A stretch of 64,000 nt of DNA, taken from Bacteroidota bacterium (GTDB lineage: Bacteria > Bacteroidota > Bacteroidia > AKYH767-A > JAHEYN01). Both the position numbers and the translations under genes were made by a program. The notes below the pieces were generated by a model that worked only from the letters and a program-made list of their open reading frames with translations, did not search any database and was not told where the DNA came from. The stretch covers positions 2,693-66,692 of the forward strand of contig JAHEYN010000017.1 of assembly GCA_023251555.1 (NCBI GenBank). Reading direction: 5' to 3'. This document shows, piece after piece, positions 1 through 7,260 of this stretch (its first letter is position 1; each line of letters starts with the position of its first letter).

Positions 1-1
1 A

Positions 2-169
2 CCGGACAGCAAAGAAGCGGGCATACCTCTTAAAGATTATATCTATAATGAATCACGCTACACACGACTTCTGAAACAGGACGAAAAGTTTGCAAAAGAA
101 CTCCTTCATCTTGCGGAAGAAGAGGTCAGTACCAGATGGAATCAACTGCAGTCGTTAGCAGGATTGTAA
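2..169 (+). CDS. 3' end (last 55 codons plus stop) of an upstream gene; the tail resembles the C-terminus of pyruvate:ferredoxin/flavodoxin oxidoreductase (NifJ/PFOR)
   Basis: Frame 2 reads PDSKEAGIPLKDYIYNESRYTRLLKQDEKFAKELLHLAEEEVSTRWNQLQSLAGL* open to the window edge; the pattern E-x-R-[YF]-x-x-L-[LT]-K ... A-x-x-L-L ... V-x-x-R-W-x-x-[LY]-Q-x-L-A matches what I recall of PFOR C-termini; no alignment run. Confidence 0.45.
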   Translation, partial: PDSKEAGIPLKDYIYNESRYTRLLKQDEKFAKELLHLAEEEVSTRWNQLQSLAGL

Positions 170-485
170 ATAAATACGCCATGGAAAATATCACAAAAGA
201 CACCATGTACGCCTGCATGAAGCTTGAAATGGCCATGAGGGAAATGGAACGCCCTTCAGAAGATGTGGTTACTGTGGCGGTTTGCAGTGATACCCGTGAT
301 GCAATGGAAACTTTTATAAAGATTTACAGGAATGCAGGGAAAGCGATTGGAAGATCCCTTTCCGCAAAAATCAAAAAAAACATGACTTGCAGAAACAGCG
401 CTGGGAATTGCTATTGCCTCGGGATTGAAAAAGTAAATAAGTGTCTGAATATTGCAATGGAACTGAGAGCGTGCATAAGATGAAT

Positions 486-860
486 TTATTTTTTCTTTGT
501 CCTCTCTGTGTTTTCTTTTACCCTGAACCGGACAATCTTCATTATCAGGCTTACAGGCAAAGGTTTATCAAAAGAAAACTGTACTGATCCTTTGGAACTT
601 TTGTATGCAGAAAGTTCTTTTTTAAAGTTTGAGATCCCGGACATTCTCGGATAAAAGCCTATGTGCTTTGTATGTCCGGCAAACCATACAAGCATTCCAT
701 TCATTCTGAATGCGGGCATTCCATAGCTGATGACTTCTTCGGCATCAGGTGCAGCTTTTCTTATTATGCTGCGCATTTGCTCCAGTTTGAGTTTTTGGGC
801 AGCGGGAAAAGTGACAATGTAACTGTTTGTATCCTGGGGAATGATTTTTTTGACGGACAT
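486..860 (-). CDS. DUF1801 (YdhG-like) domain protein
   Basis: 124 aa, ATG start; ISYGMPAFRMNGMLVWFAGHTKHIGFYP ... KPLPVSLIMKIVRFRV matches the DUF1801 pattern from memory. Confidence 0.6.
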   Translation of the reverse strand: MSVKKIIPQDTNSYIVTFPAAQKLKLEQMRSIIRKAAPDAEEVISYGMPAFRMNGMLVWFAGHTKHIGFYPRMSGISNFKKELSAYKSSKGSVQFSFDKPLPVSLIMKIVRFRVKENTERTKKK

Positions 861-1062
861 TCGGGAAATGTAGTATGATTTGTTTAATCCGCCTTCGGTT
901 CTGCTACAGCAGACAAGAGATACTGGGCTTGCCCCGGGGTTAATATCAATTTATTACAAATGTACAGAAAACCTACCGATACGTGTCAACAACATCCCTG
1001 CCTAAAGTTATTGTTTTAACGGAGTATTTCATAACTTTGCCGCCCTTCTTTACAGGCTCTCA

Positions 1063-1150
1063 GGAGAGGTGGGTGAGTGGCCGATACCAGTAGTTTGCTA
1101 AACTGCCATACGCCAAAAGCGTATCGAGGGTTCGAATCCCTCCCTCTCCG
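1063..1150 (+). tRNA. tRNA-Ser (anticodon GCT)
   Basis: Acceptor GGAGAGG/CCTCTCC, anticodon stem GTAGT/ACTGC with loop TTGCTAA (anticodon GCT), long variable arm CATACGCCAAAAGCGTATCG, T-arm GAGGG-TTCGAAT-CCCTC, discriminator G, no encoded CCA. Confidence 0.85.
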
Positions 1151-1168
1151 CTGAATGGATCAAATGAG

Positions 1169-1194
1169 ACCCCGCGATAGCGGGGTTTTCTTTT
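1169..1194 (+). terminator. Rho-independent terminator after tRNA-Ser
   Basis: Hairpin CCCCGCG-ATA-GCGGGG followed by TTTTCTTTT. Confidence 0.55.
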
Positions 1195-1284
1195 GGAAGG
1201 ACGCGAATCAAGCCTCGCTTGAATTCGCGAACTGAAAAAAGAAAAGCCGTTAGGCCTCATTTGATGTTGACGATGGGAGTAAAC

Positions 1285-1324
1285 GGGATCATGAGCACAG
1301 CGAACTAATCCCTCCCTCTCCGCC
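1285..1324 (+). repeat. Degenerate copy of tRNA-Ser 3' end (T-arm plus acceptor) with conserved 5' extension GGGATCATGAGCACAGCGAAC
   Basis: GGGATCATGAGCACAGCGAACTAATCCCTCCCTCTCCGCC vs tRNA 3' end TTCGAATCCCTCCCTCTCCGC; followed by hairpin GCCAACCGAAGG...GGTTGGC. Confidence 0.6.
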
Positions 1325-1508
1325 TTCGCCAACCGAAGGTTTAGCATAGGTTGGCTTTTTTGCACGGTTGGCTTCGGCGGACAAAGTCCGCCGGGTTGCG
1401 AAGGCGATCATTACTTGGGTTTGAAATGAGCAAATCAGGCTTGCTTGACTTTGAGAAGCGAAAAAAAAGAACCCGCAGGGTTTACTTCACTGTAGCTTTC
1501 CCCCCAAT

Positions 1509-1546
1509 GGGATCATGATCAAAGCGAGTAATCCCTCCTTCTCTGC
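1509..1546 (+). repeat. Second degenerate copy of tRNA-Ser 3' end with the same 5' extension
   Basis: GGGATCATGATCAAAGCGAGTAATCCCTCCTTCTCTGC; about 90% identical to the copy at 1285-1324; a third partial copy (GGATCAAATGAG) directly abuts the real tRNA at 1157-1168. Confidence 0.6.
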
Positions 1547-1681
1547 AATGTTAATTAAAGATAACAATCTTTTTTCTACTAAAAACTTTTTATTGAAAAA
1601 GAAAACGGCTATCTCAATTTGAGATAGCCGTTTTGCCTATCATTTATTTAACTTAATGTAAAATGTATTTACGCTTGATTT

Positions 1682-2890
1682 TTATTTAAGTGCTAAAATA
1701 ATTCCAAAATCACCCACCGCCCAGCAAGTTGTTGCACTGAGACATGTAACACCTAACAGACGAGTCGAAATACCACTTGACCATTGCTTCCATGTTGTAC
1801 CTCCGTCGGTGGTTGAAAGGATTTTTCCAGATTCACCCGCCACCCAGCCGTTTGTTGCATCGGCAAATGATACGCTTCTGAGTTTATCCCCAACCCCGCT
1901 TGTCTGAGCCGTCCATGTTGTTCCTCCGTTGGTGGTTGAAAGGATTGTTCCAGCATCACCCACCGCCCAGCCGGTTGTTGCATTGGCAAATGATACGCTT
2001 CGAAGAAAATTATTAGTCCCGCTTGTCTGAGCCGTCCATGTTGTTCCTCCGTTGGTGGTTGAAAGGATTGTTCCAGCATCACCCACCGCCCAGCCGGTTG
2101 TTGCATTGGCAAATGATACACCAACTAGATTTTTATTAGTCCCGCTTGTCTGAGCCGTCCATGTTGCTCCTCCGTTGGTGGTAGAAAGGATTGTTCCAGT
2201 ATCACCCACCGCAAAACCGGTTGTTGCATTGGCAAATGATACACTTCGAAGAAATTTTAAAGTCCCACTTGTCTGATCCGTCCATGTTGTTCCTCCGTTG
2301 GTGGTTGAACGAATTGTTCCAAAATCACCCACCACCCACCCGGTTGTTGCATTGGCAAATGATACGCCATTAAAATGTATAACAGTAGTCAGCTGAGGCG
2401 TCCATGTTGTTCCTCCGTCGATGGTAGACAGGATTGTTGCACTTTCACCCACCGCCCAGCCGGTTGTTGCATTGATAAATGAAACCCCGTTGAGTCTATA
2501 TGATGTTCCAGACGTCTGAGATACGAATGCATGAACATTAATGGTTTGTTTTGTTGAGTTTGAACCACTTTTACCATTAGCAGTTAGCGTTACCTCGTAA
2601 GAGCTAAGGGTATTATATGAGTGTGTTGGGTTTAGCAATGTGGACGTTTGTCCATCTCCAAAATCCCATGAGTAGGTATCTGCATTAGTTGAATTATTAG
2701 TAAATGTAACCGTTTCTCCAACTTTAGGTGAAGCTGGATTAAAAGAAAAAGATGCAGTAGGAAGATTCGTTTTTTGGCAGGAAGCAAGCACTAAAATAAA
2801 AACTGCTAAAAACAGATGCTTATAAATTAATTTTGTTTTACTCGCGCCTTTATTAAAAGGGGTGAGCTGTTTGTGATTCTTTGAGTTCAT
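1682..2890 (-). CDS. Lipoprotein: N-terminal PKD domain plus multi-blade BNR/Ycf48-like (Asp-box S/TxDGGxTW) beta-propeller
   Basis: 402 aa; signal/lipobox VFILVLASC; PKD-like SFSFNPASPKVGETVTFTNNSTNADTYSWDFGDGQTS; then ~8 repeats of about 41 aa [GVSFANATTGWAVGDAGTILSTTNGGTTWTAQTSG]. Confidence 0.7.
   Translation of the reverse strand: MNSKNHKQLTPFNKGASKTKLIYKHLFLAVFILVLASCQKTNLPTASFSFNPASPKVGETVTFTNNSTNADTYSWDFGDGQTSTLLNPTHSYNTLSSYEVTLTANGKSGSNSTKQTINVHAFVSQTSGTSYRLNGVSFINATTGWAVGESATILSTIDGGTTWTPQLTTVIHFNGVSFANATTGWVVGDFGTIRSTTNGGTTWTDQTSGTLKFLRSVSFANATTGFAVGDTGTILSTTNGGATWTAQTSGTNKNLVGVSFANATTGWAVGDAGTILSTTNGGTTWTAQTSGTNNFLRSVSFANATTGWAVGDAGTILSTTNGGTTWTAQTSGVGDKLRSVSFADATNGWVAGESGKILSTTDGGTTWKQWSSGISTRLLGVTCLSATTCWAVGDFGIILALK
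1790..2525. repeat. Tandem near-identical 120-123 bp repeats (6 copies) encoding propeller blades
   Basis: Unit ccatgttgttcctccgttggtggttgaaaggattgttccagcatcacccaccgcccagccggttgttgcattggcaaatgatac... recurs at about 1790, 1913, 2036, 2159, 2282 and 2402; copies at 1913 and 2036 are nearly identical; shadow ORFs 1753-2124 and 2191-2373 read the repeat in other frames. Confidence 0.8.
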
Positions 2891-3290
2891 AGATTTGGGG
2901 ATTTAGGAGTTTTGTAAATTTGTGCGAAGATACAACATTTTTTTCTGTTTTAACATTGTTTGGCTAAGTTAGTTTTTTAGGGTTTTCCTGTAATTCTACA
3001 ACCCACAATTGACAAAGCTTTGTGAAGAAATATAGTTGATACATGCTGTGCAAGTTTCGCTTGTGAAAGATTAATTTTCTTTCTTGCTTCGGCAATTTTA
3101 TTGCCAATTGATTTTGAATTCAGCATCATTTTTTTTATTTTTTATGATGCCGCAAAGTTATCTGGTATCATTGTCATGATGCAAATAAAGTTCGCTACCA
3201 TTGGTTGCTTTTACGCTACTTTCAGTTGTATCACGACAACTACACAAAGGGCTACGCAAACAACAACCTTTAAAACTAAGCATTTCACAC

Positions 3291-4880
3291 CTATTTTTTA
3301 TATACATTGTTGGATGTGTTTATTAATTTATAAATATCAATATTATTGAATTGGCCTATTTTATTTGTTATAAATGGTTTTACGCTTTGTTCATCATATG
3401 TTTTTATATCAGATATTAAAAGATATTTTGCTCCTTGTTCTATTCGTTGCCTGATTTTTAAACTGTCTGTATTTATTCCATAGTTCGTCCATCCTTTTTG
3501 GTTCATTAAGTATAGACTAATGTTAATGCTATTATCCGATAAACTTATTACCCTGTCTTCCTTGTTTATTCCAAGAGATCTCAAATAAGGTGATATTTCC
3601 CCAAATGACCGGATATTCGTTATGTAATAACTATTTTGCCATCCTTCGGGGTTATACCGGCCTGAAATCCTCCTTCTTGCGAAATCTACATTATGAATAA
3701 GAAATGCAATTACAATACCCCTGAAGACTAAGGAAGTGTAGATGAAATTGAATTGATTTTTGAGTAATCGTAAAAACGCAAATAGTATAATGGGAACCAG
3801 GATGAACAGGTTAATTGTATAATAATCATGTTCTTTTAATGGGTAAAAGAAAAGAAGTATGTATGCCAGAAATCCTACCGAAGTTATAATTGTTAAAAGG
3901 AGTATTAGTTTATTGACCTTTTTGTGAAAGGCGAGAACAATGGTAAATATTAAAAGAAAAATAATCTGAGTTTCCTTTCTAAAGTAATCCCATTTTATAT
4001 GATCATTTATAGCATGAATTGTTGTTTTAATTTCAGAGAGACTCATGTCCCATATTGGCAGAATTCCGATCAGGAAGTTTTCCGAATGATGTTGGGTATT
4101 ATATTTATGCGCATATGTATACCAAATTATCTGAACGAAAATAACACCAATAAAAACAATAGTTTGCTTAATCGGATATTTAAATATTCTTCGGTCAGGA
4201 TTTAATTTCACTTTGAATAATTCAAGTACTAACAAACTAAAAATTGCAAAAAAGCTCAACAAAGATGAAATCTTAAGCAAGCCTGCTATTGCATAAAAAA
4301 ATGCAAACCAATAGAGGTGTTTGTTTGCCGTGGATTGCTCAAACTTAAAAAAGAAATATAGCCCGATAAGAGCTAGTGAAAAGGCCGGAATATCCATCAG
4401 GAAGTTATTGGCATAATATATTAGGGTTGGTGAAGTAAATAAAAACAATGCGCTTATCATTGACAGTATTGAATCTTTTAATGTGCTTTCAAAAACTTTG
4501 AATATTAAAAAAAGACCTGTAAAAAGAAACAGCAATACTATAAGCCGATAAAAAAATTCGTGATATCCAAAAGCCTTCCACAGGGATGCAATTGAGTAAT
4601 ATAACACAGGACACTCACTAATAGCTTTCCCCGTTCCGTCTCCTTCTAAGTTATGTACTGCTGGTTCGAGAAAGGGATTATTATCCTGATAATAATTCAT
4701 TGTAATGGAAAGGCAATCACATTGTCGCCACTGATGAATACTTTGAGAAGACTTGAATAAAATATTGTGATAGTTATAAATGATTGAAAAGATTAAAAGC
4801 AAAACGGCAAATATCCATTTAGAATATTTTGGGAAGTACGCGTGATTTTGAATACAAAATATAAACTCACTAAATTTCAT
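3291..4880 (-). CDS. Polytopic membrane protein, putative GT-C-fold glycosyltransferase (ArnT/PMT/Wzy-like), low GC
   Basis: 529 aa, ATG start; about 12 predicted TM helices in the N-terminal two thirds plus a C-terminal soluble ~130 aa; GC visibly far below the neighbours (roughly 28-30% by eye). Confidence 0.4.
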   Translation of the reverse strand: MKFSEFIFCIQNHAYFPKYSKWIFAVLLLIFSIIYNYHNILFKSSQSIHQWRQCDCLSITMNYYQDNNPFLEPAVHNLEGDGTGKAISECPVLYYSIASLWKAFGYHEFFYRLIVLLFLFTGLFLIFKVFESTLKDSILSMISALFLFTSPTLIYYANNFLMDIPAFSLALIGLYFFFKFEQSTANKHLYWFAFFYAIAGLLKISSLLSFFAIFSLLVLELFKVKLNPDRRIFKYPIKQTIVFIGVIFVQIIWYTYAHKYNTQHHSENFLIGILPIWDMSLSEIKTTIHAINDHIKWDYFRKETQIIFLLIFTIVLAFHKKVNKLILLLTIITSVGFLAYILLFFYPLKEHDYYTINLFILVPIILFAFLRLLKNQFNFIYTSLVFRGIVIAFLIHNVDFARRRISGRYNPEGWQNSYYITNIRSFGEISPYLRSLGINKEDRVISLSDNSINISLYLMNQKGWTNYGINTDSLKIRQRIEQGAKYLLISDIKTYDEQSVKPFITNKIGQFNNIDIYKLINTSNNVYKK

Positions 4881-5101
4881 ATAATCCCAATAGAATTCTA
4901 AATAAAGATTTTATAAAATGTTAATATCCGGTTTTTTTATTTATAAAGTTTCTATATGCCACTACTTCTTGTTATTTTTGGGCATCCTTAATGGAAATTC
5001 TTTAATGCAGCCACCAGCAAAGTTACCCTGTCCAGGTGTAAATAGGGAAGGCTGAATGGAAAAGAAAGATTAAGGATGCTCATTGAGTTAAAATAAAAAA
5101 G

Positions 5102-5176
5102 CGGGGTGTAGCGTAGCCTGGTTATCGCGCCTGGTTTGGGACCAGGAGGTCGCAAGTTCGAATCTTGCCACCCCGA
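5102..5176 (+). tRNA. tRNA-Pro (anticodon TGG)
   Basis: Acceptor CGGGGTG/CACCCCG, anticodon stem CCTGG/CCAGG with loop TTTGGGA, T-arm GCAAG-TTCGAAT-CTTGC, discriminator A. Confidence 0.85.
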
Positions 5177-5284
5177 CAAAATAAGTGTGGCTATGAGTTT
5201 GAGTGTGGAGGGAGTACTGATTTTCTCTCAATACTTACACTGGGACTCAAAGTCACATCGCCATCTTAAGTCGACACTATCATA

Positions 5285-5358
5285 GATCCCGTAGCTCAGG
5301 TGGATAGAGCAGCAGTTTTCTAAACTGCTGGTCACTGGTTCGAATCCAGTCGGGATCA
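5285..5358 (+). tRNA. tRNA-Arg (anticodon TCT)
   Basis: Acceptor GATCCCG/CGGGATC, D-stem GCTC/GAGC, anticodon stem GCAGT/ACTGC with loop TTTCTAA, T-arm ACTGG-TTCGAAT-CCAGT, discriminator A. Confidence 0.85.
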
Positions 5359-5585
5359 CAAAATCAGAGTGGGAGCAGAGAGTGAGAGCGAACAGCCCTC
5401 TGTGATTTATACTCAATCTCATTCTGTTTCTCTTGTAAAAATTTGAAAGCAAAAGCCGGCTAAATCCATAGGTAGTTTTGTTATATGAAAAATCTATTTT
5501 TAATTTTGCAGGGAAGGAGTAGGGAAAGAAATTTTGTAAATTCAAATCCTACTCTTAATATTGTGTTAAGAAAAAAATCCGCTTC

Positions 5586-5915
5586 ATGAAAAAGATTAAA
5601 AAATCTTCTTCAAAAAAGAAAGTTGCTCCGGCAAAAAAACAGGCTACCAGGAAAAAAACTGTGCCGGTAAGGAAAGCTGCATCTTCAAAACATTCTAAAA
5701 AGGCTATTCCCGCCGCAGCTGTTTCCAAAAAGGCAAAAGGAAAATCATCCAGGTCTGCATACAAGGACGTGGATGCTGAACCGATGGCGGATGACAAGGA
5801 CTGGGGTGAAGTAGAAGAAGTTGAGGAAATGGGGCCTCTTGACGATGACTTCAAAGGCTTTGGCGATGATTTCTTTGCAGATACCGATGAAGATGACGAT
5901 GATGAAACATTTTAA
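5586..5915 (+). CDS. Small bipartite protein: Lys/Ala-rich basic N-terminus (histone H1-like) plus strongly acidic C-terminus
   Basis: 109 aa; MKKIKKSSSKKKVAPAKKQATRKKTVPVRKAASSKHSKKAIPAAAVSKKAKGK then ...DDKDWGEVEEVEEMGPLDDDFKGFGDDFFADTDEDDDDETF; followed by a strong terminator. Confidence 0.6.
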   Translation: MKKIKKSSSKKKVAPAKKQATRKKTVPVRKAASSKHSKKAIPAAAVSKKAKGKSSRSAYKDVDAEPMADDKDWGEVEEVEEMGPLDDDFKGFGDDFFADTDEDDDDETF

Positions 5916-5934
5916 AAAAACAGAGATTATACGA

Positions 5935-5969
5935 AACCCTGCCCGGTAACCGGGGCAGGGTTTCTTTTT
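5935..5969 (+). terminator. Rho-independent terminator
   Basis: AAACCCTGCCCGGT-AA-CCGGGGCAGGGTTT hairpin followed by CTTTTT. Confidence 0.7.
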
Positions 5970-6075
5970 GGTGGTATTTTAATCCGCCTTTACCTTCCAG
6001 TGCGATCGACAAGATTATATGCTTCAAATCCCCGCAACTTGCTGATGTTAACACTATTTTAGTTTAAAACAGGGA

Positions 6076-6483
6076 TTATACTTCACAGCTCCAGCTTATG
6101 GCAGCAGTCTTTTCGAGCATATAAGAAACCGAACAGTATTTTTTGAGCGAAAGGCGGATGGCATTTTCAAGTTTTCCTTTTTCCACGTTCTTCGCTCTGA
6201 AGTGAAGGTGAATTTTTGTAAAAGGAGAAAAACTCCCGATCTTTTCCTTTTCACCGCTGACACTGACCGTATAATCTTCGGGACTTTGCCTTTGCTTTTT
6301 AAGGATTGAAAGCACATCCATTGAGCTGCAGCTCCCGATGGCCATCAGCAGAAGGTCGGTAGGAAGAACGCCTTTGCCACTCCCTCCGATCCCTGCAGAG
6401 CCTTCTATCATCACTGCATTCCCATTCTCATCTTTCGCTTCAAGAAGCAGGGCTTCATTAACTCTGCTGATTTCCACCTTCAT
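6076..6483 (-). CDS. osmC: OsmC/Ohr family protein
   Basis: 135 aa; LLLMAIGSCSSMDVLSILKK and the C-terminal CSVSYML pattern fit the OsmC fold signature. Confidence 0.65.
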   Translation of the reverse strand: MKVEISRVNEALLLEAKDENGNAVMIEGSAGIGGSGKGVLPTDLLLMAIGSCSSMDVLSILKKQRQSPEDYTVSVSGEKEKIGSFSPFTKIHLHFRAKNVEKGKLENAIRLSLKKYCSVSYMLEKTAAISWSCEV

Positions 6484-6495
6484 AGTTATGCGCTT

Positions 6496-7260
6496 TTACT
6501 TTTTGGGAAGATACTGGAAAAAAGTGTCGCTTCTTAAGCCCAGCCTCAGCGTCTCAAGTGCAATGACTTCGGAAGGCGGAATGTTTCCGAGGTTTACATT
6601 GGCCCCTATGAGTTTTATGAAATAGGTCTGCTGGGATTTCTGGGGTGCTTCCCATATGATATTTTGCGAAGGAATTTTTGCAAGAATCCTGTTAATCAGC
6701 ACCACGTGAGCCTTTCCGCTTGGGCGGTAAATTCCTACTTTCCCGCTTTCCCTTGCTTCGGCAATCACTTTCCACGCTCCCGCATCGAGTTCTTTCTGCA
6801 TCATTTCTATCCACTTGTTTGGGTGAATGATGATACCCTCCTCTTTTGATCCTACCTCCGAAATTACGGTAACCCGCGCTGAGAGTTCTTTGATATACTT
6901 GCATTTTTCCGCATGCGGAATAATGATGGAGCCATCCGAAACTTCGGCATATTTCATTTCATACTTCTCAATGTAACGGAGGTAATCATCAAAACGTTTA
7001 CGTATAACGAAAGCCTCGAAAAGCGTTCCCCCAAAATAAACAGACAGCCCGGCCTTTTTATAAACATCCAGTTTTTTTTCAAGATCTCTGGTCACGAGTG
7101 CACTGCCGAATCCCAGTTTCAGAAGATCCGTGTATTCGGCATTTCCTGCAATAAAAGCTTCGGCTTCAGGAAGGCTCATGCCTTTGTCCATCACCATGGT
7201 GATGCCGCTTTCTCTCGGCTTTGAGGGTCTCGCCGGAATATGGGGGAGAGGGAAATTCAT
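6496..7260 (-). CDS. comA: (2R)-phospho-3-sulfolactate synthase, ComA family
   Basis: 254 aa; GITMVMDKG, LKLGFGSA, GGTLFEAF, EVSDGS, EARESGK, IWEAPQKSQQ, VNLGNI, EVIALETLRLGLRSDTF match the blocks I recall from M. jannaschii ComA almost one for one. Confidence 0.75.
   Translation of the reverse strand: MNFPLPHIPARPSKPRESGITMVMDKGMSLPEAEAFIAGNAEYTDLLKLGFGSALVTRDLEKKLDVYKKAGLSVYFGGTLFEAFVIRKRFDDYLRYIEKYEMKYAEVSDGSIIIPHAEKCKYIKELSARVTVISEVGSKEEGIIIHPNKWIEMMQKELDAGAWKVIAEARESGKVGIYRPSGKAHVVLINRILAKIPSQNIIWEAPQKSQQTYFIKLIGANVNLGNIPPSEVIALETLRLGLRSDTFFQYLPKK

Noticed and set aside
136-483. 115-aa ORF (Met/Cys-rich MESTAVVSRIVNKYAMEN...) starting inside the PFOR tail
   Set aside because: It overlaps the well-supported frame-2 C-terminal coding tail by 34 bp. 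It has odd composition with repeated aatggaa words and no recognisable motif. I treat 170-485 as a 3' flank of unknown content rather than calling a gene. It could still be a small ORF or structured RNA.
1285-1546. Possible CRISPR array (direct repeats of about 38-40 bp)
   Set aside because: Only two full copies about 224 bp apart. The repeats are tRNA-3'-end derived. The spacer length is far outside the CRISPR range. No other repeat arrays were seen in any intergenic region of the window.
1753-2124. ORF encoding triplicated MQQPAGRWVMLEQSFQPPTEEQHGRLRQAGL
   Set aside because: An alternative-frame reading of the 123-bp tandem blade repeats inside the 1682-2890 gene; a shadow ORF.
3101-3349. 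82-aa ORF in the AT-rich spacer upstream of the propeller gene
   Set aside because: Low-complexity translation of AT-rich DNA (poly-F/I/T); no support.
5555-5854. 99-aa antisense ORF opposite the Lys-rich protein gene
   Set aside because: A mirror-image low-complexity translation (poly-F/S/A) of the lysine codons on the other strand; spurious.
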